From contig JAWMAR010000023.1 of NCBI GenBank assembly GCA_036785375.1, positions 1,116,001 through 1,180,000 on the forward strand: a stretch of DNA of 64,000 nucleotides. Direction: 5' to 3'. How positions within the stretch are numbered: the stretch's first letter is position 1; each line of letters begins with the position of its first letter. The notes under the pieces are model-generated. The model saw nothing but the letters and a program-made list of their open reading frames with translations. It had not been told where the DNA came from and did not search any database. The stretch is from Leucoraja ocellata. Taxonomy: Eukaryota. A program made the position numbers and the translations under genes. Positions 51,119-62,930 of the stretch are shown piece after piece.

Positions 51119-51731
51119 GAAGAAGAGGAGGAGGAGGAGGAGGAGGAAGTAGTAGAAGGGGAGGAGCCAGAAGAAGAGGGAGCTTTGGTGGAAAATGTTT
51201 CCAGTAATGCTATTTTCCCAACGATGGATTGTGCTGACGAATCTGAAACATCCAATTCCAATGAGGAGAAGAAACTTACATTGACTGTACATTTGCACAA
51301 AGAAGCAGAAGATGATAAACAAAAAGAGGAGGATATCGAAGATCTACCTGAAGAAACAATTGTTGCTCAATTTGATGAAACCACGGTACCTTGTACTATT
51401 ATCACGACTACAGAAGTGAATGGCATTGCCGGACAGGAAATAACACCAAGCACTCTAGAAAGTGTTTCACCAGATTTTTCATTGCCGGCTAATGTAGAGA
51501 TTGAAGATAATCTTAGGACAGAAACGGAGGCAGAGATTACACTTTCTCCCGTTGTTTTATCAACCAATCTGGAGGTTGCAGCAGAGGAAGAGGACAGTGA
51601 GGAAGCTCCTATCAATGATGACAAAGATGAAGATGTGGAAAGCAAGGAATCTGTGGAAGTTGAGGAGAAAGAGGTAGAGGAAAATGAATCACAACAACTA
51701 AACTCCCAAAAAAGCCCTGAGATTGTGCATG
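50940..51731 (+). CDS. EIF4G3: EIF4G3 large acidic exon (792 nt, phase 1-1): (E)EKPMPEPPVKS...QQLNSQKSPEIVH
   Basis: cacag acceptor, ATG|gtaggt donor. Starts like eIF4G3 EEKP.P.P..KS and ends like ..LNS..SP. It is the coding part of ORF 50951..52093. Confidence 0.9.
51061..51180 (+). repeat. Coding (GAG/GAA/GTG)n triplet repeat encoding a poly-Glu tract
   Basis: gaagaggaggaggtggaggtggaggtggaagaggaggag... read directly from the sequence. Confidence 0.9.
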
Positions 51732-53139
51732 GTAGGTTTCCATTAAATAAGACTGTCTGCATTATTTCAGTTCTCTATGTTAAAAATTGTTGTAGTATAA
51801 CGTTGCGAAAAAATCAAGTGTCTCTTGGATATGAAAATTGTTTTTGTATTTTCTTCACAATTTTCTATTTGTGCATTCCAGTTAAGAATGATTTTGAAAT
51901 CTTTACTGCTTGTATACCGTGTCACTGCTGTGGCAGATTTCAAATAGTTTTAGTTTTGCTTTCATTGCATTCAGACTCCCATTCTGTTATTGCCATGGTG
52001 ATCCAGTTACAATGTTTGTATTATTCTGTTCATTATTCCAATAGTGGTTTTGTCTCCCATTCCAACAGAAAACCAAAACTGATACAAAGATGACTATATA
52101 CTGAGTGCCAATGAAAACTGATTTTTTTTAACACCAGGCAGGGAAGGAATTGCTTTCAAAAACTTTCAACTGTAAAATCGGGTTGTCTAATAACTAAAGG
52201 GGCCATGTAGATCACAAAAGTTCCTGGTTCAGTCTTTGATCTGTTCTGATTTAACTAAATGTTCCTAAGATTTTACGATTCAAAGTTGGACTCAAATTTC
52301 GTGTCCCAGAGGGAAGGGAATTAGTAATGGTTCTTTAATGATTGCACAGTACATTTTCCCAAATATATGAGAGTAGAATCAGGCAGAGCTATGTAATTCC
52401 TTATCTGAAATAGCAGCTGATGATTTTAACTCAATTGTATATGGAAACAATGATTATAATTACTAATGGCAATTAAAGCTGAGGTACCAGTATCTTGAGA
52501 GTTGGAAGATGACAAGATATTTTAAGAGGTGTGTTTTCATTTCATATCCAGTCTTCAATCTCATGAAAGTTTTGGCTATTTTCTGAATTAACTTTGTTCA
52601 ACTTGAATTTAGAACAAATTCACAATGTAATTGGTTACAGTGCTCAGACAAGATAAATATCACCATAGTGGTTTCCAAGCTCTCGCTGTCGATCACAGTG
52701 ATTTGAGTATACATGGTTATGTGACGGTATGTGAACCATGCTGGTCTTCTCAGTGGTTTATAGTCCTGAGGTTTCACTTTAAGATGCGTAGCCTATGTGG
52801 AAGTAAAAGATTAAAGTTGTTCATAAACCCGTACTCTTGTATGAGAAGATTTTCAGTTGGATCTAAAATAATGTATTACTGGTTATATCTGACATCACGG
52901 CCATACTTGATCAAATTGCAAAAACTAGGCTAATTCTTAAATCCTTAATTAATCAGTGTTTTAAAATGTATGACAACTGATGCACGTCAGCAGGAAAAAA
53001 GATCAATAGAAAGCTGCTGGAAGATATGGAGGAAGAGAGCAGGGATAAAAATAAGTAATATCTTGCAATGGCAGATGGCAAAATAGGAAAATGGTGTTTT
53101 GGATTTTATAAGCAGCCAGAATGCAACAAATAGCAAAAA

Positions 53140-53730
53140 TAAAGAGGTGGAGTTCTGGAAGACTGGAGCATTGTTAATGTTGTACCTTTATTTAAGGTAA
53201 GAAGGACAGTGAACATTGTCTACATGGCCTTAGACAAGGCATTTGGACGGTCGGCTTGACCAAAATGTTAGATTACATGGAATCCATGGTGAGCTAGCCA
53301 ATTGGATTGAAAATTGGCATGGGGGAAGGAGTCAAAGGGTAGTTGTGGAGGGTTGCTTTTTTGAGTGGAAGCTTGTGATTAGGGGTGTACCTCAATGATT
53401 ATTGTTGAGTCCATTGCTGTTTATAATATACATTTGGATGACAAAGTAGTCATCATCATTTGTAAATTTGCAGATGACAGCACGATGGGTAGTATAGTGG
53501 ACAGTGACTAAGGATTTCTAAGTTCATAAGAAGATCTAGATCAGTTGGGAAAGTGGGCCACGGAATGGCAAATGGAATTGAACTCTGGCAAGTGTGAGGT
53601 GTTGCATTTTCATATGTCAAACCAGACTGGACTTAAAACAGTAAGTGGGATTGGACAGGGAGAGATTGGGTATGCTGGGATTTTTTTTTCTTTTTTTGTG
53701 TTGGAGGCTAAGGGGTGGCCTTATTTGGGT
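53140..53730 (+). mobile_element. Old CR1 LINE RT fragment
   Basis: GVPQ, KFADD, DLDQLGKWA.EWQME.N..KCEVLHF remnants. Confidence 0.75.
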
Positions 53731-53734
53731 TAGG

Positions 53735-54616
53735 TTTATTATTTTCCTGATTTACCAAGGGACAGTGAAACAGTTTGTTTTTCATACTATTCAAACTGAT
53801 CAGTGATACATAATACAATCAAGCCAAACTCTAGTACAATCGGTAGAGCAAAATGAAAGGTACAGAGTGCGGAATATCATTTTCAGCATTGTGGAGCATC
53901 AGTTCCATAGACAAAGTTCAATATCCGCAATGCAATTGAAGTGAATAGAACGTTACCCGAGCTTATGCAAGGGCTGTACAGAAAACTGGTAATAGAGGGG
54001 AAGAAGTTATTCCTGGGTCTGGAGATGCATGCTTTCAAGCTTCTGCATCTACTGCCTGATGAAAGAATGAGTAGGGTGGGACAAGTATTTTCTGAGGCAA
54101 TGGAAGTGTAGTTGGAGGCAATGGTGGTGAATCTGGTCTGTGTGAAGACTGGCCTTCATCCACAAGTCTTGTGGCATTGGGTAGAGTTGTTCGCAAACCA
54201 AGCTGTGATGCAACCTGACAATATTCTATCTATGGGCATCTTTAGAAGCTTGTTAAAGTCAATGGAGAATTTCGGAGTCTCCTAACGAAGCAAAGACATT
54301 GGTATGCTGCCTTGGTTATCGCTACAATGTGGTTGGTCCAGGACAGATCGGTGATAGTATTAACACCAAGGTACTTGAAGCTCTCGAACATTTCCATTTG
54401 GGCACCATTGATGCTGATTGGAACAAGGACTCCACCATGCTTCTTGAAAATAACTAGCTCTTTTGTATTGCAGACATTGTGGGAGAGGTTGTTATCCTGA
54501 CGGCATGCTAGTAATTTGTTTTTTCCTGTGTGTTTTCCATCTTGTCCTTGCTCGTGATCTGACCCACCACAATGGTGTAATCTGCAAACTTGTAGATGGA
54601 GTGAGCCACATGTCAA
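53735..54616 (-). mobile_element. Rex1/Babar-type LINE fragment
   Basis: ORF 54242..54616: DNNLS.NV..TKELVI...ESFKYLGV..TDLSW..H; + strand begins with the inverted 3' tail. Confidence 0.65.
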
Positions 54617-54998
54617 ACCATTGGAATTATTGAGGTCAAATTGTGGATTATCTGAGTTTTACTGCAGTAAATACTGAGAGATATTAGAGATTACAGTAGA
54701 TAGGATAGGAGTAAACAGATCCAGCAATCAATTAACTTAAAATGAAATATTTCTTCATGGGGATGAAAAGATAGGCATAATTGTATTTGTGTATGGTATG
54801 AGTGGTCTGGATAGCACACAAAACAGTTTTTTGTTATATCTCTCTTGTGTGTGCAACAATAAAATTTTCATTGGGATGAGATATTGTCCTTTTGCAAAAT
54901 ACTTGGAAATAAAAGAATGGGCGTGGAAGGGAAGGAGTGCATATTTCAGACATTGCTTTGCAGCCATACTCTTAATCATTCTTTGAAATAAGGTGTTT

Positions 54999-55159
54999 AA
55001 GAAGGAACTGCATATGTTGGAAAATCTAAGGTAAACAAAAGCGCTGAAGAAACTCAGCAGGTGCAGCAGCATTTATGGACGAAGGAAATAGCACCGTTTC
55101 GGGCCGAAACCCTTCTTCAGCTGCTGCACCCGTTGAGTTTCTCCAGCACTTTTGTCTAC
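54999..55159. mobile_element. Penelope-derived hammerhead-family insert with partial inverted duplication and 18-bp flanking direct repeat
   Basis: CTTTGAAATAAGGTGTTT at 54981-54998 and 55160-55177. Minus-strand core CTGAAGAAGGGTTTCGGCCCGAAAC at 55096-55120, followed by an inverted tail copy. Confidence 0.85.
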
Positions 55160-55631
55160 CTTTGAAATAAGGTGTTTCAGGGCATTCCCCAACCTGGACT
55201 TGATTGCCCAGTTAAATAAGAAGATGATGGCAAGTAAATCGGGGGAACAATTATAGAATTGGCAAAGAAAGTGGTAGAATAAAATAAGTGAATATATCTG
55301 GATATATTTTAGCCATGTATGCCACTTTAGTTTGGTTACAAATTTGTTTAACGGTGTGGTTTTCCAATTAATAATTTTATTCTTAGTTGCTGTGTCCCAA
55401 ATAGCTTAGCTGCCGAGGCAAAGTGCATGAATATTGAATTTATAACACAATGTGTTTGGTCCGATAAGGAGGTGTGATTCAAGCCTAGGAGTTAACCGAT
55501 GTTGGTGGTCAAGGTGCTCTGCATGGATAATTGAAATAGTGATTTACAAATACACTCATTTGGAGAGTTGTGAATACTGGAAGATAACCATTCAGACAAG
55601 CAATCTGTACCACAGATAAAATTTAATGCAC

Positions 55632-55867
55632 GGGGGTGGCACAATGGCACAGCGGTAGAATTGTTGCCTCACAGCGTCAGAGACCCGGGTTCGATCCTGA
55701 CTATGATTTTGTACGTTCTCCCTGTGTCTGCAAGTTTGTATATTAATTGGCCAGTACAGATTATAAATTGTCCCTCGTGTATAGTGTATGGGGTGATTAC
55801 TGGTTGGCGCAGGCTTGGTCGGCCAAAGGGCCTGTTTCTAAGCTGTATCTCAAGTCTAAAGTTCTAA
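55632..55867 (+). mobile_element. tRNA-derived SINE (elasmobranch HE1-like)
   Basis: Pol III A box TGGCACAGCGG, B box GGTTCGATCC, and a CR1-derived 3' tail (GGCCAAAGGGCCTGTTTC...CTAAA). Confidence 0.75.
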
Positions 55868-57399
55868 ATTTGGCTGAAGAGAAGCACTAAGTAGTTTATC
55901 CCAGTTGTGTTGTATTTGATTTTTGAAATTGTTTATTGTTTTCATTTCATTCCAGATGATGTATTTTTTCCTCTCAGCAGGGTCATAGTGGAATGGAATT
56001 ACCACAAGCCCAACAAAATTTATGTTTTTCTTTTGCAAGCATAATACCTTCATCGCTAAAGTTGCATGCCATTGTGCTAGTGCACTTAGCTGTTTTGTTG
56101 AAGCAAGGGAGAAAATGTTATGTACCACCTTGATGTAGTTAAAAATGGATCTATACTTCGTCATTGTTTTCTATGACACAATGGAGCTTGCAGCCAGTTT
56201 GAGCAATTGGGTAATGAATAGTTGTTTTATTTCATGTGTAAGAGATTTGTGATTTTATCTTTGATTTTATACAGATACCATATTGTCGAAATTGCATTGC
56301 AATTTTCAAATAGCTGAATGTATGTAACGACCATCAGATATCTTGAGATTTAGTTTTGTTTGATATAAGCTGCATGTGCAGGTTAGTGGATTTACTGTAT
56401 TGAATCAGTATTAAATGTTTGATTCGAGATGCATCTGCAAGTATGATGGTTGATATTATCTTATAAAAATTGAATAGGTGGCAAAATTGTATCGTAATAT
56501 ACTTAAGACATATTTGAGAAGAACTATTAATGGAGTTGTTTGTATGGATTTCATCTATTCTTTGCTCTCCAATTTCATGCATTCAATTTCTTGAGTTGAA
56601 GGTAAAATATGCTTCAAAACTGGTTGATTTAATTGCTTTTTTTGTGACTGTTGAGTACTTTTCGATTGTGAAAGTGATTTGATGCTCTCAAAGTAGCATC
56701 ATTAAAAGATGAAATACCAATGGTGTTGAATTGGATGTTTAGTTCTCGGTATGGTATTCATGTCAAAGCACTGCTGTCACGGTACCCAGTTATTTTAACC
56801 TCATTCCCTCAATTTATAGTGGTTGGTTTATCTATGTTTAGGACTTTAAAATTGGTGTAATTACTAGATTAGTATGTTGTGTCAGTTGTGGCATAGTTGG
56901 TTGCGCTTTGGCCTCGTCAGAGTTGTGGGTTCAGATTTCAGTCCAATGACATTTGGAACCAAAGTTCCGTTTTGTTTCTGGTAGCCAGAAATGATCCCAT
57001 GACACTACAGTATTTCACAGCACTTAATGTGGTCATTCCCATAACTTGATCAATATTTATTGTTTAACCAACATCACCGAGAGACAAATTATGCTTATGC
57101 TATCACATTGCATGGGGTTAAAGCTTGCCTTGCATAAATTGGCTACCATTTATTTCTATTACAGTGATTAGATTTCCTAAGTATTATCAAATAAAACACT
57201 TTGCCAGGTGTAAAAGTGGTGGAGGATTTTTAACAATTGAGACGTTTGAAACAAAATAAAGAGTTAAGTAAATTCAACATAATTGAAAATGTTAAATTAA
57301 ATCAAATAATGAAAAGAAAACAAATTTGCCTTTACTTTATATCTAGTCTCCATTGAAATGAATGTAGTTTTGTATCTTGAATCAGACAATTTCTTGACA

Positions 57400-58330
57400 C
57401 AAATGCCAGGGAGTTAGCAAGGTGCAGCTCCATTGCTGGATTCTACATGGAGACGCGAAGATTGCTGGGGTTGCAGACTGAGAAAAGCTGTCAAGGTGTA
57501 CAACAAAATTAAGATCAGCTACAGAAATGGGCGAAGTAATGACCAATGGAGTTTAATCACAGCATGTGCAAGGTGCTGCACATTGGCAGTGTAAATGTAA
57601 AGGCAAAATATACCGTTATTGACATGACCCTCAATAGCATTGACGTACAGAGGAAACTTAGGGTCCAAGTCCATATCTTCCTGAAAGTGGCAACACAGGT
57701 AGATGAGTGGTAAAGTCGGCATATGGTATGCTTGCCTTCATGAGTAGAGGCATTGAGCATGAGAATCAGGATGTCATGATGCAGCTTTTCAGGAGATTGG
57801 TTAGTCTACATTTGTAATATTGTGTGTAGTTCTGGAAGGATGTGTAGGCTTCGGATAGGGTTGCTGAGGAGTTTTACCAGAATGTTGCCTGGATTAGGGG
57901 ATATAAACTATAGGGAGAGGTTGGATAGATTTGGATTGTTTTCTCTGGAGGTTGCAGGGTGACCTGATAGAAGTATGTCAAATTATGAGAGGCACAGATA
58001 GGGTAGACGGTCCGCACCTTTTTCCCAGGAAGGAAATGTCAAATACTAGAGGGCGTGGCTTTAAGATGAGGGGGGCAAAGTTCAAAGGAGATGTGCGATG
58101 AAACCTTTTTGCACAGATATAGTGAATGCTTGGAACATGCTGCCAGGGTTGTTGGTTGAGGCAGATATAGTAGTGGCATTTAAGAGGCTTTTGGATAGAT
58201 CTCAAGATATGCAAGGAATGGAGAGATTATGGATTATGCTTGGGTGGATAAGAGATGGTCTTGGTCTCAGTTTGGCATGGGCATTATGGGCCAAAGGGCC
58301 TGTTCTTGTGCTGTGCAATTCTATGTTCTA
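57400..58330 (+). mobile_element. CR1 LINE 3' fragment
   Basis: Remnants of KCKVLH.G, LGVQVH..LKV..QV, NYRERLDRFGLFSLE, and the typical CR1 3' end. Confidence 0.8.
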
Positions 58331-58498
58331 CAAGTCTACTGGTGAAGTGAACTGACAAATTTGTCATTCTGAATATCACGGGAAATGTGCAATGTCCACA
58401 TTTGATAGCACTGGCAGAAGCCTCAGACTTCTGAGTCACTAGAATTTTGTACCAGGCCAGGAGAATAGTTTCCCAATACCATTTTTTATTTTGTGAAG

Positions 58499-58751
58499 TG
58501 AAGAGGTTCACGTGTTGCATAAACGCTCAGTTTAATATTTAAACACTCAGTTCAACAATTAGTACAAAAGGGCATGGTGTGTGTGTTAACGTATTGGCTG
58601 TGAAGTGAAGACTAGCTACATCGTCCGCTGCACCCTGCCAGCTGGCCACCCAGGTCGGCGTTGATTGTCCAGCCCAGATCTCACCAGGTCCACGCGAGTG
58701 CTCGAGCTCGACGAACGACGGTTCGAGACCAAAGTGGCTCGATCTGCCACC
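58499..58751 (-). repeat. 3' LTR of the Gypsy element
   Basis: Direct repeat of 61127-61367; preceded on the minus strand by a PPT-like GGGGTGGGTTT. Confidence 0.85.
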
Positions 58752-61111
58752 AAACCCACCCCAAAACCGGAGTTGCAGCTGGTTGAGTTGAGGGCGGGTA
58801 TGGTCCTTATGGAGGACGCCCTCTGCGGTGGGGGTGTGCCACCTGCACTGGTTGGTCAATCTCCTGGTGTGCTGGCTTAAGACAGTCCACAGAGACAGTC
58901 TCATGTCTGCCGCCAATGTCGATGAAAGCCGTGGTGTCGTTTTGCAGTACTCTGAAGGGTCCCTCGTAAGGCTTTTGCAGTGGTGTATGGTGGGAATCTC
59001 GGCGAAGGAAATTCTGGAGGCCATGTGGGACGTGCGTGGTCGTGAGACCATGTCGGGACGATGGGACTGGAGAAAGCGTGCCCACCTTCTCAGGGAGGCA
59101 TGTCAGCATGGTCATGGGCGGTTCTTGATGTCCACGTGCCACCGGGATGAAGTCCCCTGGGACCGTAATCGGGGCACCGTACACCAGCTTGGCCAAGGAA
59201 GTTGCCAGGTCCTCCTTTGGGGCAGTGCATATATCTAGCATGAACCACGGCAATTTGTCCACCCAGTCTAGGGCTGTGAGCCGTGCCTTGAGGGATGCCT
59301 TCATGTGCTGGTGAAAAAGTTCCACTTGGCCGTTTGCTTGTGGGTGGTAGGCCGTTGTGTGGTGCAGCATAGTGCCAAGCAGCCGGGCCCTTGTTGACCA
59401 CAGCTCGGAGGTGAACTGTGCACCTCTGTCGGAGGAGATGTCTGCCGGCACGCTAAAGCGGGCGAACCAGTGGGCGGTGAGATCCCTTCAGAATAGAGGT
59501 TTTGGCAAACTTGCGAATGGCCTTGACTTTGGTCGGGACCGGGACTGCGCCGTGCTGGTTGATGTGGTGGCCGAGGAAGTTGATGGAAGTGAGGCTAAAC
59601 GAACACTTGGCAAGGTTGATGGCCAGGCGCGGTGTTCCTGGCGAGAGCAGCTGGTGACGAGGATGTAGTCGAGGTAGATGAACATGGTCCAGTCTGCGGC
59701 CAATCATGTCCATGCGCCGTTGGAAGGCTAGGGTGGCGTTCTTGAGGCCGATAGGCATACGCAGGAACTCGAAGAGTCCGAACAGGGTGATGAGGGCCAT
59801 CTTGGGGATGTCGTCCTGGTGGACCGGAATCTGATGGTAGCCACCATGTACCAGGTTGATCTAGGAAAATACTTTGTCACCATCCAGGTTTACCGTGAAG
59901 TCCTGGATGTGAGGGACAAGAGTACCGGTCGACCGATGTGACGTCGTTGAGATGGCGCTAGTCCCCACAGGGTCTCCAGCGCCTAGATGCATTGAGGACC
60001 ATGTGACATGGGGATGCCCACGGGCTGAGGTCACCGAGCCCAGGTGGGGCGCAGTCAATTTGGCGTGGTGCAAGGCGATCGACTCGAACGTCTCAGAATT
60101 AACGAGATGTCGTACTTTCACGTCAACCCGGAGGAAGTCAGCGCCCAGCAGTGGGTGTGAGAAATCGGCGACGGTAAAGGTCCACTTGAAGCGACAGGAG
60201 TTGAAGTTGAACGGGATCGTGTGGACTCCGTATGTTCTGATGTTGCTGTTGGCAGCGGTCATGGGAGGCCACTTCTTTCCGGAACGAGTGTGTGTGCCTG
60301 AGGGGGGACAAAACACTGACCTCTGCTCCTGTGTCAATGAGAAAACGTCGCCCCGAATGACGATCCCAGGTGTAGAGGAGGCGATGTTTTTGGCCGGCCG
60401 CAGTTGCCACCACCGAGGCATTTCCCAGATGCGTGCAGGGTGGTTGGCATCGGCGGGCCCTGTAGCCCCACCTTTGATGGTAGTTGCACCACTTGTCCTT
60501 GCTGGCGCCGTTCGTGGCCGACGTCACTCCCGCTCCTTCCGTGGAGGCTGGGACCACCCGTATGACATGCCGAGGCACAGCCGCCACCTGCTGTTTGGCC
60601 TGCCACAGCATGTCTGCACGGGTTGCCAGCCGTCAGGGTCAGTGAAATCGTCATCCACGAGGAGCAGGCGGATGTCCTCAGGCATTTGCTCGAGGAAGAC
60701 CTGTTCGAAAAGGTGGCAGGTCTTGCGTCCATCCATCAGGGCGAACATTTAATTCATGAGCACGGTTGCCTAGGCCATCCATATGCAGGGGTTTTGCCAT
60801 CCTGTCACGGGGGCTGAGACCGAATGTGTCCTTGAGGAACACCTTGATCCCATCGTACTTGTTGTCGGCTGGTGGCTGGTGAAGGTAATCGATGAGGCGC
60901 CCGGCAGTTTCCTGGCCCAGTGCACTGACCACGGAGTAGTACTTGGTGTCGTCGGCAGTTAGCTGGCAGATGTGGAATTGGGCTTCAGCCTGTTCAAACC
61001 ACACTTGGGGCTGTGATGTCCAGAAGGTGGGCAGTTTGAGTGAAACTGCGTTCTGCTGATCTGGGTTATCTCCTCCAGGCATGATGAAATCCAAAAGAGG
61101 CCGTTTTGGAT

Positions 61112-61125
61112 CGTCTGGGTCGCCA
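61112..61125 (-). promoter_or_regulatory. tRNA primer-binding site TGGCGACCCAGACG
   Basis: Begins with TGG one base after the LTR end. Recalled tRNA 3' ends suggest Arg(CCG) or a decayed Trp site. Confidence 0.7.
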
Positions 61126-61126
61126 T

Positions 61127-61367
61127 TGAGGAGTTTCACGTGTTGTACTGTTTAATATTTGAACACTCAGTTCAACAATTAGTACAAAAAGGCATGGTGT
61201 GTGTTAATGTGTTGACTGAAGTGAAGACTAGCTCTGTCGTCCGCTGCATCCCGCCAGCTGACCAACCAGGTCGGCGTTGATTCGTTGGCCCACATCACGC
61301 CAGTTCCACGCGAGTGCTCGAGCTCGACGAACGACGGTTCGAGACCAAAGTGGCTCAGCTCGTCACA
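61127..61367 (-). repeat. 5' LTR of the Gypsy element
   Basis: TG...CA termini, direct repeat of 58499-58751, adjacent PBS. Confidence 0.85.
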
Positions 61368-62439
61368 ACAGAATATCAAACCAGTTAAGGAATACTGAAC
61401 TAAAGGGTGATGTTTTGTCACTTTCTTAACAGCTACAATATTTGATGAAGCTGTTACATGCTGCACTTTCCGATATGTGTTTGGACGCATTATCTAAATT
61501 CTGTTGCTGGAATTTTTAACGTTAATCTGCCTGCTTAGATTTCCGCTTCACCTGATGTGAGAAAGGATTAATTGTGGTTCTTTTTCCATTTTGCCAAAAA
61601 TATATTCTGAGATACCAATTCTTGCAACTCATTCCAACATATATAAGCAGAAAGGATGTAAGAAATAGAAGCAGATATCTTCAGCCCTTTGTGCATGCTC
61701 TGCGCTTTGGTGAGATTATAGATGATGGTTAACCTAAGGGCCACTTTTCCACACTAACCCCATAACCCACAATTCTGTTAATAGCTAAAAATCTATCGAT
61801 CTCTGTTTTGAATAAATTCAATAACGAACCTCCGAAGACGCCCTCCATAAATAATTGAACGCCTGCTGGGTGACAAATATTCTTAACTCCCTGATAATTG
61901 GGTGACCCCTGATTATAAGAACAAAATCCAGGTTCTAGACACCCTGTACAGGGAAACATAATTCCTGCTATCCAGCAAAATATTAAAGGCAACAGTGAAA
62001 CCTTAAATATTTTGCTATGAGGTGGCTTTGAATTACTGAAGAATGTATGGTTTAACATGCATATGAAAGTTAAGATATCTTGCTATAAAAACAGAAAAGC
62101 ATAGAAACACTCAGCTAAGGGGTTCCAAACCTGAAATGTTATGTTTCCTTCCACAGATGCTGATGGACATGCTGACTGTTTCCAGCTTATTCTGTTTTTT
62201 ATTTCAGATTTCTAATATCTGCCGTGTTTTTATTTTCACTTACTGTATTTTGCTACTTTATAGGATTTTTATTTTATGCTTTATAGGATATTTTTTATGA
62301 TGTACGAAGGTTAAAATTGGATATAAATTTAGATCCCCAATCCCTTTGTTGCAGTTTTTTTAATTTATATTTTTTCCAGAAGTGGTGCACTTGTTGACAT
62401 GCATCCTTTAACTATTTGGTGGCTGTATCACTTGTATAA

Positions 62440-62930
62440 GATCATAAGACAGGACTAGAATTAGACCATTCAGCCCATCGAGTCTACCCAATTATGGCTC
62501 ATCTTATTTTTCCCACTCAACCCCTTTATCCTGCCTTCTCCCTGTAACCTTTGACATCCTTACTAATCAAGAAGCTATCAATCCCTGCTTTAAAAATACT
62601 CAATGACAGCCTCCACAGCCGTCTGTGGCAAAGAATTTCACAGATCCACCACCATCTGGTTAAATAAATTCCTCCTCATTTGTATTCTGAAATAACATTT
62701 TATTCTGAGGCTGTGCACTCTGGTTTTAGACTCTCCCATTACTGGAAACAACCTTTCCATGTCCACTCCATCTAGGCGTTTCATTATCCGGTAGGTTTCA
62801 ATGAGATTCTCCCTCATCCATCTAAACTCCTAGAACAGGCCCAGAGCCATCAAATGTTCAACATACATTAATACAATTATCCCTGGGATCATTCTTGTAA
62901 ACTGCCCACAATACTCCAAACGTGGTGTGT
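62440..62930 (-). mobile_element. CR1 LINE 3' fragment
   Basis: (ATAAGATC)-type tail and typical CR1 3' sequence (GGCCATTCAGCCCATCGAG-like, AATACTCCAAA). Confidence 0.7.

Larger units (their letters stand above)
58499..61367 (-). mobile_element. Internally deleted Gypsy/Ty3 LTR retrotransposon with both LTRs
   Basis: Gag SLKLPTFW..P.VWF.Q.EAQF, Cys/His knuckle WCNYHQRWG...C..PC, protease FLIDTGAEVS, RT GLFEFLRMPIGLKNA / FIYLD, integrase SDRGAQFTS...TTAYHPQANG.VE, GPY/F motif PYEGPFRV. Confidence 0.93.

Noticed and set aside
3004-51731. Assignment to EIF4G1 instead of EIF4G3
   Set aside because: GGFRPIQ, FFQRP, GPGPGDF, KREKKT, SRNPTPP.GRP and QLPSQV are eIF4G3-type; eIF4G1 has GGFRSLQ, HFYP and KRERKT.
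50932-51762. Minus-strand Ser-rich and Leu-rich ORFs
   Set aside because: Antisense shadows of the Glu-rich exon.
51732-52093. C-terminal part of the 380-aa ORF 50951..52093
   Set aside because: It follows a good donor (G|gtaggt) and turns into Cys/Phe/Ile-rich AT-biased sequence, i.e. read-through into the intron.
55632-55705. tRNA gene
   Set aside because: The A and B boxes continue into a SINE body and CR1-like tail; no cloverleaf or terminator.
55960-56000. Strong NAGNAG acceptor (ttttttcctctcagcag) as the next EIF4G3 exon
   Set aside because: The phase-1 reading hits TAG within a few codons and there is no eIF4G-like peptide or clear donor; the next true exon appears to be beyond the window.
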